A DNA stretch of 64,000 bases from the human T2T-CHM13v2.0 reference genome, Homo sapiens, in NCBI RefSeq assembly GCF_009914755.1, contig NC_060936.1; one strand, written 5' to 3'. The notes under the pieces are model-generated. The model had not been told where the DNA came from. It saw only the letters and a list, made by a program, of their open reading frames with translations, and did no database searches. Made by a program: the position numbers and the translations under genes. Below are positions 1 through 13,063 of the stretch, in pieces. Positions within the stretch are counted from its first letter, which is position 1, and every line of letters starts with the position of its first letter.

Positions 1-38
1 GCTGGCTTGAATAAACATGCCCATGAAAGTTTTATCTT

Positions 39-349
39 AGCTGGGCACATTGGTTCACATCTGTAATCCCTGCACTTTGAGAAGCCAAGGTGGGAGGATT
101 GCTTGAGGCCAGGAGTTCACACCAGCCTGGGCAACATAGCAAGACCCCCATTTTACAAAAATAAAAATTAAAAAATAGCTGGGCATGGTGGTGTACATCT
201 GTAGTCCCACCTACTTGGGAGGCAGAGGCAGGAGGCTTATTTGAGCCCAAGAATTCAAGGCTGCAGTGAGCTATGATTGCACCACTGCACTGCAGCCTAG
301 GAGACAGAGCAAGACCCTGTCTCTTAAAAAAAAATAAAAATAAAAAAAA
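39..349 (+). mobile_element. AluJ
   Basis: Dimeric Alu with A-tail. Confidence 0.9.
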
Positions 350-1898
350 GTTTTAACTCTTTAGCTCTAAAGATGGAGATTGCACAGATCTACTATTATA
401 ATCAGCTTTTATTATTTAACAAGATCTAATCACTCTACCGAAGAAGTCATGACAAATGCATAGTAACTTATACTTCTCTTCCCTTTTTATTTTTTCTGAA
501 ACCTAACTTTACTGAAATCAGCTTTTTCCCAAAACAGAATAGGCATTATATTTCTTGATTTATTCAACAAACCTCTATTGATAACCTTTATGTGATAGGC
601 ACAGTGGCGGCTACTATGGTCACAAAAGTGAGTAAGACACAAATCTTCAACTGGTACCCCCATAGGAACTTAGACTCTAGTAAGGAAAGGAACTATAGAC
701 ATAAAAATTACATTACAAATTGGTAACTGCTCTTAGATAGATAGGACCTAAGACCATGAGAGCACAAAGGATTGAGTAAAGCATTCTGGCTGGAAGAAAG
801 GCCTCACAGAGAGAGTGACATTTAATCAAGCTCTTAAACTTGGTGAGATTTTACAAAGGAACTGGGGGAAGTACATTCTTCTATACTGGCAGACCAGCAA
901 GGACAAGGCTCTGAATTTCTGATCCAGCCTAGCACATATCTAGGAAATGAAGCTAGAGAAAGATAAGGGTAGATAAGACTCCTGGTGGCCCCTTAACAGC
1001 AATGAGTTTTAAAGATGAATTAGGCCACTTCTGTGCCTAGAGCAAATGCTCACATCTCTTACCCAGCTGGCTGGTGTTAGGAGTGTAGCCTATGGCGTGA
1101 TGAAGGATAAACAGTGAGTAACAGCTGTCTGAGGTCTGGAGAGGCAGGCTGTGGAGGGCACAAGAATTTGAATCTCAGTTTGAGGAATTGGTATGTTGTT
1201 ATCTAAGCAATTAAGGATGCTAAGAGAGTTTTAAAGCAGATATATGACTTAATCAGCTTTGTGAAGCATTTGAAAGCATTGGAATGGGAAGAAACTTGTC
1301 TTGGGGAACCTGATGAGGAAGCTGTTGCATTAGTAATCTGGGTGATAATTTTTATCCTATCATGTGAGTTGTGGCCAGAGCATAACTCTATACTTACAAT
1401 GACATTGCCTTCAAAAAGTTCTTATTATTGTCAACCACCAGTGTGTCCTGGGGGGGAAAAAAGAATTATCATTGGTGCAGATTAATAACGAGTTGAATGG
1501 ATTTTTGCTGTTGACTTTTAAAAGCCCTGTTAGTAATTTAAATCTAGAATATTTTTATTCAGTCCATCCTATTCAGATTTTCTTAAGGCTTCTACTTCTT
1601 TAGCTGATGGATCTTTAGCTTACTGGGAAAAGAAAAAGAATCTAATCCTGATTCATAGATTCTTGGGCTTATAATCTATGCAGACATGGATTTGGACTGA
1701 CTCCACCAAACAGGGCAATCACAAGTGATTACAAGTTACTGAGTGGCCTGTGTTGCTTCCTAATCCTCCCAAGATCTTAGCTTCAACCCCTTGAAATATA
1801 AAAACTTGTACTTAATATCACTAGCTGGAAAATAATGAACCGTTATCTGTGAGGCAAGGAGAATTTGCTCTGATTTCTGTAAACTGTGTCATATAAGG

Positions 1899-2242
1899 CA
1901 GTGGTCCCCAACCTTTTTGGCACCAAGGACTGGTTTCATGGAAGGCAATTTTTCTAAGGGCAAGGGGATAGTTTCGAGATGAAACTGTTCTACCTCAGAT
2001 CATCAGGCATTAGATTCTCATAAGGAGCACATAACCTAAATGCCTTGCATGCACAGTTCACAGTAGGGTTTGTGCTCCTATGAGAATCTAATGCTGCGGC
2101 TGATCGGACAGGGGGCAGAGCTCAGGCATTATAATGGTGGCTCACCCACCGCTCAGCCACCGCTCACCTCTTGCTGTGTGGCCCAGTTCCTAACAGGCCA
2201 CGGACTGGTACCAGTCCATGACCCAAGGGTTGGGGACCCCTG
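1899..2242 (-). mobile_element. MER1B hAT-Charlie MITE
   Basis: CAGTGGTCCCCAACC...GGTTGGGGACCCCTG TIRs with perfect 8-bp TSD ATATAAGG (1891-98 and 2243-50). Confidence 0.9.
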
Positions 2243-2699
2243 ATATAAGGAGCAGTTAAAGACATTGGGAATATTTAGTACAGAGAAAATAAGTCTCAGC
2301 TAGGACTCAATATTTGAAGACCTGTCATACAGAAGATGGTATCAGCATACCTACTCTATAAGGCTACAGGAGTTAAGACCAATTGGAGGAACTTAAGTAG
2401 AGACAGGTTTACTTTATCCTAAGAAAGACCTTCTAACAGTCTGAAGTCAGCAAGGCTATCTCACATCTAGAATTCTGCTTTGTTGCAGTTTTGCAATATT
2501 CTCTGGAAGGGACTTTATCTTCCTTAATATAGTACCACAAACACAGTTGAATATTCTAAAAAGTAAATCTTGAATTATGTTGAGTTGACTAAGACATTCT
2601 GATTTGAAAGTTTATATGAATAGACTGTTGCATTCAAATTTAGAAAAACAAAGTGTCTTCACAAGATAAAGATAAGATGCTGAGCTAATAATAGCATCA

Positions 2700-2860
2700 T
2701 AATGACAATAAGAGATAATACTTATGGAATGCTTAGTATGTGCCAGACACTCTGTTAAGCACATAAGCATGGGCATGTCATTTAATCCTTTTAACAACGC
2801 TATGGAGTATATACTGTGATCTTTCCCTATTTTACAGCGGAAACAGCTCAGAGAAGTTAA
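2700..2860 (-). mobile_element. MIR
   Basis: tatgtgccagacactctgttaagcac...ctattttacagcggaaacagctcagagaagttaa. Confidence 0.7.
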
Positions 2861-5800
2861 ATATATTTAAACAGATATTTAAATAGCTTGGCCCTTCTTG
2901 AAGGTTTTGGGGGTTTTCCCCCTTAAAGTGCCTGTCATCCCATGTGCAATTGCCCATTAGCCACAAGGATTTTTAAAATTTCTCTGATTGTATTCAGCAA
3001 CCCAAGTGTCTTTGTCAAAAAGATACTTACTCCATAAGAATGTTTTTCTATTTGTTTTGGTACCTTTACTTACATCCATTGTCAGATTGGTGACCAGTTA
3101 ACTGGCTGTAGTTCTGAGGTGGTGCTATTCAGCCAAATGTCAATCTTTAAAGGAAGTTTCTGATTTCGTTTAAATTTTTAAAGATCAATTACTTTATTTA
3201 AAAAGTATGGGTATAGTTCCAGAGTGATATAAATATAGAGATTTTGCTTGGCTTAAAGTGTTTTTGAAGATGCGTAAATCAGACTGGATTGAAATTGTTT
3301 TGATTACCTCTCTGTTTCTCTCCTAGACTGTAAGGCCACTTTTCTTTCCTAAACACATAGGAGACACTTAGTAAAAATTAGTAGAATTAATGGGTTAATG
3401 CATGACTGAGTATGTGAATGAATGAACTTCAATATCTCAAAGAATCTCTGCCTTTTGCTTGCTAATCCAATGGATGACTTATAAATGAGCAAATTTCCTG
3501 CTTGTTGATTTGCTTAGTCCCTAGGTTTTTCTTACCACAGTACTATTAAGAGTAAGCTTATGGGTTTCCTACACAATGTGGTCTAATTTGCTTCATTACA
3601 TAATATACTTATAATCCCAGCCACCTGAGTTGTAGATGTGAGCTTTTGGTCACACCAGGGAACGGTATAGCTTTGGATCTCTCACAATTATGGCTGTCAC
3701 AGAAAAGAAGGCCAGTTGGCTTTACTAATAAATTTGCAGGCTCAAGTTCATGCACTAAAGAAGACATATTATTATGGTAATAGTGAGAAATTGCTCATAA
3801 AGCTGAGTTGATTGCACTTTTGTGAAGTTCAGCATATTGAAAATGGTTTGGAACTACTTTTTGATATTTTTAGTTAATTATAGTCTGAAACAGTTTTATA
3901 ACTCATTCTGATTTTAATTAAGTAGGTTTATTTACATCAGCCACTGAGAATTTATATGTAACTGGTTATTCATTTAGTGACACTGAAAAGGTGTTTCCAA
4001 TTTATCAGCATTTTGAGTAGAGAAACAACTTTTCATGTGTTTCTTGAAGAGCTAGGGAAATGAAAATGAAGACGCTTGTTTCATCTACTTTATTTCCTGT
4101 AGGATTTAAATCTCAGTCTTGAGTTACTTAATCAGCCCATTCAAATACTGTTTATATGTGGTAGATTGTGAGTGACTTTGGTGTTGATGACTATGCACCT
4201 TTCAAATTGTCTGCTGGAAGGCTGAACACAGCAACAGCCGACCTTTTTCACCTGGATGTAGAATACCACATTTGTCCAGCAATTACATCAGTAATTGTAA
4301 GAGATGCCCCAGATAGTTCCCTTTATGGTTAAGTTTTGTCTTGATTTGAAATGAAGCTCTGGTTTCTCTGTATTTGTGATTCCTTCTAATTTCTCCTTTT
4401 CTAGTGGCATGGAGTTTTGTCTAAAAAAAATCTGGTTTTTACCCCTTTAGGGTAAAGTAGATCATGAAACTAATTCCATGATAGTTAGATAGCTTCAATA
4501 CTTAGTTGTGATTTTAGTAAGTACAAAACCATGTCCCGTGACAGTTAGAAGGGAAATGTGCAGAAACACTGTAAACATTACCCAGAAACTTGGTTCAGGC
4601 CATCAAGCACAACCCAACTTTCTCCATTAGGCATTTTAGAAGACGCTGTTGCCTGTGTCTTCAGAGTTTACCTGAATTAAGGGAATGTATCATAGAGACA
4701 CATGATCATGAGCTTTGGAAACTTAAAAGCACACATACTGTGGAAGTATGGCCTGATCCCTTTAACCAGAATTTACATCCCAAACTGACTGAGCATGAGA
4801 CACTGCCATCATCTGAAACCCTCTCATTAAATATTTAATCTGGTTTTTCTCTTTCTCTTTTACTCCCGCGGTGACTCAGCATACAGTCTGGGTTTCTTGA
4901 CTGGTCATCACAGTAGATTTACTTTAAAAATACTTCTGTAAAAGGCCATAGGCCTTCTGAATGGGTCATTGAATCCAACCACATAGATCACTTGATAGAT
5001 TGCTCAGTGTACTCATACGTGGTTGTTTTAACTATCCTCTTTGTTCTTCCTCTCCCTCCTTTCTGGGAGGTTCTGGGGGTAAGACTGGATAGGGTAAGGA
5101 ATAGGGACCCTGGCCAGGGCCCACCCAGTGTAGCATTTACCATAGCACTCCATGTAGAAAGCTGTTTTGGTATGTCTGGCGTCTTTGTGAGATTGCAAAC
5201 TGGAGTGCAGAAACCAGTCCTTACTCAGTGCTGTTCATTCAGCAGATGTAGCTCCTGTACCTCCAGGGTGCCAAGCACCAAAGTAGGCACTGGGAATGCA
5301 AGGACAATTGTTAGGATGTGGTCCCTGCTCTCAAAGAAACTGTGTTTATGAGGAAAGAAACAAATGTGACAAGCCTGCTAGCAACATTTCAAGTGTGTAA
5401 TAAGGACCATCTCAATAAAACCCTGTGACAGAGATAATTAGCAATTCCTTTTTGTCAGTGGAAAAACTGAGGCTTTGCAAAATTATTTAACTTGTACACA
5501 GACTGTAACAAGGTAGTTTGAACACAGGCACTTCAACGTTAGAGTTTGAACTCTTAGCCAGTATACTAGATGGCCTAGAGGTGGTAATAAATTAATGTAT
5601 TATAAAATCAAAAGGAAGGAAAGACCTAATCTCTTTCCTTGGGGGCAAGTTGAAGTTACCAGAAAGTTTTTACAGAGTTACATGTAGGATTGTACCAGCC
5701 AAAGAGAAGGAGGGAGAGTCTAGGAAAGAGGAAATGGCTTGAGGAAAGTACAGAGATGGGAAAGCGGGGCCTGAGACTTAGCAGTTTAGGACCAGGCTGA

Positions 5801-6507
5801 AGGATGGGGTGTGGGATTTGTGGAAAGTGAAGTAGACTAGTTAGGCAGAAGTTATGGATGAGTTAAAAAAAAATTGAACTCTATCCTAAAATAATGTAGC
5901 AAGCCTTTCAACAATTTTAATCAGAGGAAGCCTAATTAGATTTTATTTTAGTTCTGATGACCTATAGAAAAAAATTGATCAGCCAGAATTGATAAGATTG
6001 GTAACTTCTTCAAGGAAAAGCAGCCAGTCTTAGAGGAACCCTAGATTTCTGACTTGAGTGACATTGTTGTCCTAGAAGCATTATGATTTCATTATAACCC
6101 TTTTAAAAAATAATCTTCTAACATGTATCAGGAGTCTTAAAAATGTTTATACTTTTATGCTAGTAATTTCATGTCTGGGAATTGGCTTAAGCAAATAATA
6201 CAAATGCAAGATATATGCCTTTTGACCAGCATTTATGATATTAGTTCAGAGTGCTTAAAACATATTGGTGAAATTGAATAAAGAAATAAATGATTGACTA
6301 GTTGGTAGAAAATAGTGGAAACATTGGAAACAGTACACTTAAATTTAATGTTAATGTACATTTACTAGGTAGTTGTTATGAATCAAATTGTGGTTCTGAA
6401 AATTATATAATTACATGTAAAAATGTATCGTAACTTAAAAAAATAGGAAAATATACTTAGACCTATGTTTAAATAAACTTGAAGAAATACATCAAATCAT
6501 AATGGTG

Positions 6508-6751
6508 GGCCAAGTGCAGTGGCTCACACCTGTAATCCCAGCACTTTGGGAGGCCAAGGCAGGCAGATCACTTGAGCCCAGCCTGGGCAACATGGCAAAA
6601 CCCTCTCTACATAAAATACAAAAATTAGCTGGGCATGGTGGTGTGTGCCTGTAGTCCCAGCTACTCAGGAGGCTGAGGTGGGAGAATCTCAGGCCACTGC
6701 ACTTCAGCCTAGGTGACAGAGGGAGACCCTGTGTCAAACAAACAAAAAAAA
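6508..6751 (+). mobile_element. AluJ with internal deletions
   Basis: Both arms are shortened. TSD-like aaat(c/t)ataatg. Confidence 0.85.
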
Positions 6752-7223
6752 TTATAATGAGCTGGGGGACTGTCCTTCTATTCTCTTATTTCTTCAGTAT
6801 TCAATATACTTAGTTCATTTTCATGATGGAAAAAGATTAAAAACTTTGAGACTGTTCATTTTGGACTTATGTTAGAAATATCTGAAACATCAAAATGACA
6901 ATAAACAGTAAACAATTGGAAATAGGCTTGGAATTAAACTCTGGGTTTATACACTGGAGATATTCAGTAAATGTTAACTGAATTGAAGTTCTATCCATTT
7001 TCCTTCCCCTTGGGTCAGGATCCCAGAATCCTAATGAAATGTATTAGAATATTAGAAGTTTTACCATTATTTGAATATATTATTGGGTAACAAAAATTTC
7101 TTCCCTAACACAGAAGAAACATTGATTGCTTTTCTTAATACTTATATTATTTTTCTTATGTGGCAATTCTTGTTCAAGGGCCAAGGGTCTGCTCTCACTG
7201 CTTTCAAATATTTTAAGTTATTA

Positions 7224-7226
<3 letters not shown>

Positions 7227-7254
<28 letters not shown>

Positions 7255-7528
7255 GAGAGTGGGTCTCACTCTGCCACCCAGGCTGGAGTGTATGCTCACA
7301 GCTCACTGCAGCCTCGAACTCTTAGGTTCAAGAGATCCTCCCACCTCAGCCTCTCATAGCTGGGACCACAGGTGTGCACCACCATGCCCAGCTAATTTTT
7401 GTATTTTTTCTAGAGATGGAGTTTCCCCATATTCCCCAGGCTGGTCTCAAACTCCTAGGCTCAGACAACCTGCCCACCTCGGCCTCCCAAAGTGCTAGGA
7501 TTACAGGCATGAGCCACTACACCCGGCC
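7227..7528 (-). mobile_element. AluJ
   Basis: Poly-T followed by antisense Alu. Confidence 0.9.
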
Positions 7529-7583
7529 TGCTTTCAAATTTTTAATGAAATAGAATCCATAGGTGTATTTAACCTATTAAATA

Positions 7584-7715
7584 TTTTTTTTTCCTAATAG
7601 AGACAAGGTTTCACTGTGTTGCCCAGGCTGGTGTTAAATTCCTGAGCTCAAGTAATCTTCCTGCCTCAGCCTCCCAAAGTGCTAGGATTATAGGTGTGAG
7701 CCACCACACCTGGCC
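7584..7715 (-). mobile_element. FLAM / Alu left monomer
   Basis: Single antisense arm. Confidence 0.8.
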
Positions 7716-9097
7716 TCACTTATTGAATTCTGATGGACTTTTAACAACCCAGATATTTTCTAATTAAAGGATTTCAGTTCATTAGCCTAGTAATGTCGTA
7801 TGCTAACTGGGCCACACCAAGTGCATTTTGGTTTAAAGATTGCTTCTTTGGGAGTCCAGAGTAGCATTTTGAAAAAACAATTGTTTCTCATTGTTACTGT
7901 AATAAACTGGAAACATATTTAAAGTGGGGGTAACATGAGGTGCTCCCTCCACTGTTGCCATACCATGAGGACAGGAACCATGTCCCCAGGATTCAGATTA
8001 GGACTTGATGTTTTATCTGGCCCAAGTATCTGTGAATACAAGGATGTGTGAATTCATGTTTCACAAATTAGTCGCATAAACCAGTGCTTCTCAGAGCATA
8101 GTTCAGTTCCTTAGCAATCTTTGAAGGCTAGTGGTGGGAAGAAAATCATTAATTTCTACGTTATTTACCTATGGAGGGTTTGGACTGTCATTCAAAGTGG
8201 ACAAACAGGCAGAAACTTTGGTGCTGTGTCATGAGGATAGCCAAGGGTCTACCTACTGAAAGGAACTCCACAACAACTTTTCACAAAATCTAAAATTCCC
8301 ACTGGAGCCTGCTCCTCTAGGGCCTCTTTCATCAGTTACATATACCTTGTTATGGGGACTTGAGGAATTATCAGTTTCCTAAGGGATGTTTCATTAATTC
8401 ATTCAATAGCACTGGTAGTAGGACTCCCTGAGAAAATGTAACATAGGAAGATAGGTTTAATATACACACATGGCAAGGGAATATGGATATAAGAAAAGCT
8501 GGAGCATAATCCTTAAGGGCCCTTTGGAATCCAGGGTCACCTGAAGGAATCTAAAGGCCAGGGCAGTGGGGAGGGACATCAAAGTCAACTCAAGCCCCTC
8601 CTACAGGGAAGCCAATAGAATCAATGTCAAAAGAGACCACAAGAAAGGACAAGGTGATGTGGCCTTTTCACTCAAGGGAGTTGCCATAACGAATAGTGTC
8701 TGGAAAAAGAAATAATGATAATTATGGTGTATTCACTGTGTGTTAGGAACCATTCTAAATACTATGCATGAATCATCTTATTAACACTTACAAGAACCTT
8801 ATGAGATAAGTACAATGCCTATATTCATTTTACAGGTCAGGAAACTGAGGCATAGGCAGATCCAAAGTCACTGAGACTTCACCTTAGGCATTCTGACTCT
8901 AGTCCTTAGACCTTGCTTTTAAGCATTATATTATACTGCCTGCAGACAAACTTTATATATTTCAGGGCCTCTGGGGAATGACAAAAGAAAAATGTAAGTG
9001 TATGTCTGGCAGACCACAGTCTGTCTGTGATGCCAGATTTCTTCTACCTTATTATCTAAAGTCTTAGAAAATATGGAACATACTATGACTTGTCAGC

Positions 9098-9315
9098 ACA
9101 TGGACACATAGAAGGGAATAACACACACTGGGGCCTACTGGAGGATGGAGGCTGGGAGGAGGGAGAATATCAGGAAAAATAACTAATGCATATTAGGCTT
9201 AATACCTGGGCAAAATAATTTGGCACAACAAACCCCCATGACACAAGTTTACCTATACTACAGATCTGTACATGTAGCCCTGAACTTAAAATAAACGTTA
9301 AATAAAAGAAAAAAT
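9098..9315 (+). mobile_element. Older L1PA/L1PB 3'UTR fragment
   Basis: acatggacacatagaagggaataacacacactggggcc...cctgaacttaaaataaa followed by an A-rich tail. Confidence 0.8.
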
Positions 9316-9490
9316 CATCTTGTCCTAAGATATTTGGCCTAAGATAGCTTTGAGGACCCTTATAACCCCAAACCTAAATCTTTTATCTGACCCAGAATAT
9401 TTTCTTGGGTTAACGTTTCTTGAACATAAGGGAATTTGTTGTTGTTGTTGTTGTTATTGTTCTGAAGTCTTAGCCAAGAAATATTTTCTT

Positions 9491-9789
9491 CTTTTCTTTT
9501 TCTTTTTTGAGACAGAGTCTCACTCTGTCACCCAGGCTGGAGTGCAGTGCTGTGATCTCGGCTCACTGCAAGCTCTGCCTCCTGGGTTCACGCAGTTCTC
9601 ATGCCTCAGCTTCCTGAGTAGCTGGAATTACAGGTGTGTGCCACAACACACGCTAATTTTTGTATGTTCAATAGAGATGGGGTTTCACCATGTTGTCCAT
9701 ACTGGTCTTCAACTCCTGGCCTCAAGTGATCTGCCTGTCTTGGCCTCCCAAAGTCCTGGGATTACAGGCATGAGCCAACGCGACCAGCC
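9491..9789 (-). mobile_element. AluS
   Basis: Antisense dimeric Alu. Confidence 0.9.
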
Positions 9790-10836
9790 ATCTTTTCTTT
9801 TTAGACTTGCTACCTGAAACGTGGGTAGCTGAGCAGAGTTAGTTGGTGGCCTTTGATCCCATTAGAGAGTTCTAAATTGTTGGCCCAGATCCTTGAATGA
9901 AATCTGATATTAAAATAACACCAAACTGAAGTCATAGGAGATTTGTAGTATAATATATACCCTCTCAATAATCAAGACATAGGAAAAATAAAATGAGTTT
10001 CAGTTGACTTCATTTTTTTACTCATGACTTTCCTTTCACTCTTGAGTGATTTGTAACCCACATCTTCACATATCAGGGACACAGCAAGACACAAAATCCT
10101 TAACTCCAATTTGGGATTTTAGAAGCTGTCAGAGCTTAGTAAATAGCAGCACTCTCTTAGATACTCCAGGGAAATTCAGTGAAAAATACTGCTAATGAAT
10201 TTAAATTTCTCAAAGTTCAGGTACTGCTCTGATGCCATCTTCCCACACTATTTTATCTTCCATGAGTCTTCAGTCTATCATATTTGTTTGGCTTTTGTTG
10301 AGGCCTGACCCAATGACCTCATGTTTACAGATGGACTTGGGCCAGGACTAGGACCCTCTTTAAATTCTGCATTCTTGGTGCCCATTTGCCCAAGCACCAC
10401 ACAGGACACCGAGGGGTTGCAGAACTGATTAAGATATGGCCCTTATCCCTAACACTGATAGTCCAGTGAGAGGTACATTCACGGACCAGTGGATGTTGTT
10501 AATGTTGCAAACTGTAGATTAAGCTATGCTACACATTTTTTTTCCATTTTCTGTAGCTGACTACATAACTCAAAATGGGGGAAAAAAGGTCATTTGGATA
10601 TATGATTTCCTTAAAATAACTTACAGCTTTTGTTGAAAATAATATTCAAATACTTCTCTATCAAACTCTCAGAATTAGCCTAGGGAAGGTTATTTCAAAT
10701 GCTGTTTTTTACCAACTGGGTAGAAGAATGATACTCTCCACTTTTTTGTCTTCATTGAAAATAATAATAAATGCAGAGGTAAAAGTTGATGGACCTTGAG
10801 TGGACTTACCATTTTACTGCTTTGAAAGTGCTTTCT

Positions 10837-11169
10837 TGCCAGGCTCAGTGGCTTACATCTATAATCCCAGCACTTTGGGAGACTGAGGCAGGCAGATTAC
10901 CGAGTTTGAGACCAGTCTGGGCAATATGGTGAAACCCCGTCTCTACAAAAAATATAAAAACTAGTTGAGCTTGGTTGCACGCCACCCTGTCTCTACAAAA
11001 AATATAAAAACTAGTTGGGTTTGGTTGCATGCCCCTGTAGTCTCAGCTATTCGGGAGGCTGAGGTGGGAGGATTGCTTGAACCCAGGGGTTCAAGGTTGC
11101 AGTGAGCTGTGAGCATGCCACCGCGCTGCAGCCTGGGTGACAGAGCGAGACCCTGTCTCCAAAAACAAA
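10837..11169 (+). mobile_element. AluJ with internal 50-bp tandem duplication
   Basis: TSD AAAGTGCTTTCT at 10825-36 and 11170-81. The linker region is duplicated. Confidence 0.9.
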
Positions 11170-11622
11170 AAAGTGCTTTCTCAAAATTAAACTTGTTGTG
11201 AGTCACATTGTAACTTTGGGCAGAGGGAGTTAATTTCCCCTTTGGTTTCTAAGTTAGCTTTTTGGGAATCACACTGTAAAATGTCATGATCTAGTTCATC
11301 TTTAATGGTCCTTAGTTCTGCAACTCAACTTTTAAGCAAGCATGACGCTTCAACCTGCTTACTTTTTCTCTCTTTTTGGTAAAGTCTGTTTGGATGGCGG
11401 GGGAGCCGTTCACCCATGGTTGTCACTTGTTTGCTCTGTTTATCTTATGGGGACCATCTGTATACAATGTCTAGAGTTTACAAAGGGCCATTCCGTTAAA
11501 GATGTTTACTACAGAGGCTTGCTGTCTTTCTGTCGTGTTAGATACATTCCTCTATTTTCAGTTAGTGGACTTTTTAAGATGTAAATAATTTTAAAATATT
11601 CTTTTTTATTTTCTAATTACAG

Positions 11623-11685
11623 AGCAAAGAGATTGCATTCCAACTTCATGAGGATTTAATGAAGGTTCTTAATGAGCTTTATACG
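11623..11685 (+). CDS. SRGAP1: SRGAP1 coding exon (probably exon 4), 63 nt, SKEIAFQLHEDLMKVLNELYT, F-BAR domain
   Basis: Pyrimidine tract plus TACAG acceptor and ACG|GTAAGG donor. The peptide is recognised as srGAP F-BAR and joins in frame to the next exon (VMKTYHMYH). Confidence 0.93.
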
Positions 11686-11948
11686 GTAAGGACATAATCT
11701 TTCTTCTTTTCTAGAATCCTTGGGTTAGAATTCTGGTTTGTAAAAACACTGCTCATTGTAGTATTCATTCCAAGCCAGAGTGACAATGGATCCTCATCTG
11801 CTTGAAATACAGGAACAAGGGATAGGTATACACAGCTACATTCCTTCGCCACTCCATTCCAATTTGGAGAAACTGTATTCAAATAAATTATCTATCTACC
11901 TATCTGTCTGTCTACGTACACATGTATATACACAATTAGCACACTTTA

Positions 11949-12343
<395 letters not shown>

Positions 12344-12717
12344 TGTTGCCGTTATGGAACTTGAGCAATTTAGGTTGCGTTATTCTGGTACTTTCTTTTT
12401 TTCCCACATTTTAGTTCAATTAATTGTTTTGTTAATGACATATTAAAACTACTTTTGAAGGATATCTTTTTTTTTGCAATAATTTGCTTTTGTGACTTAC
12501 ATATTATTTAGGGTACTTCATGTAATCGTTAAAAATTAAATAAATTAAAACTACTTTATTAAAAATAACTAACACCTAATGATGTTGCAAGTTGGAATTA
12601 GTAATATACTTATGTAAGTATTTTTTCACACTTAATGATCATGTTATTAAATACAAATTTCTTTTGGGGGATATTTTATTTTAAGAGAATAAAATAACAA
12701 CAAATGAGTAATATTAA

Positions 12718-13063
<346 letters not shown>

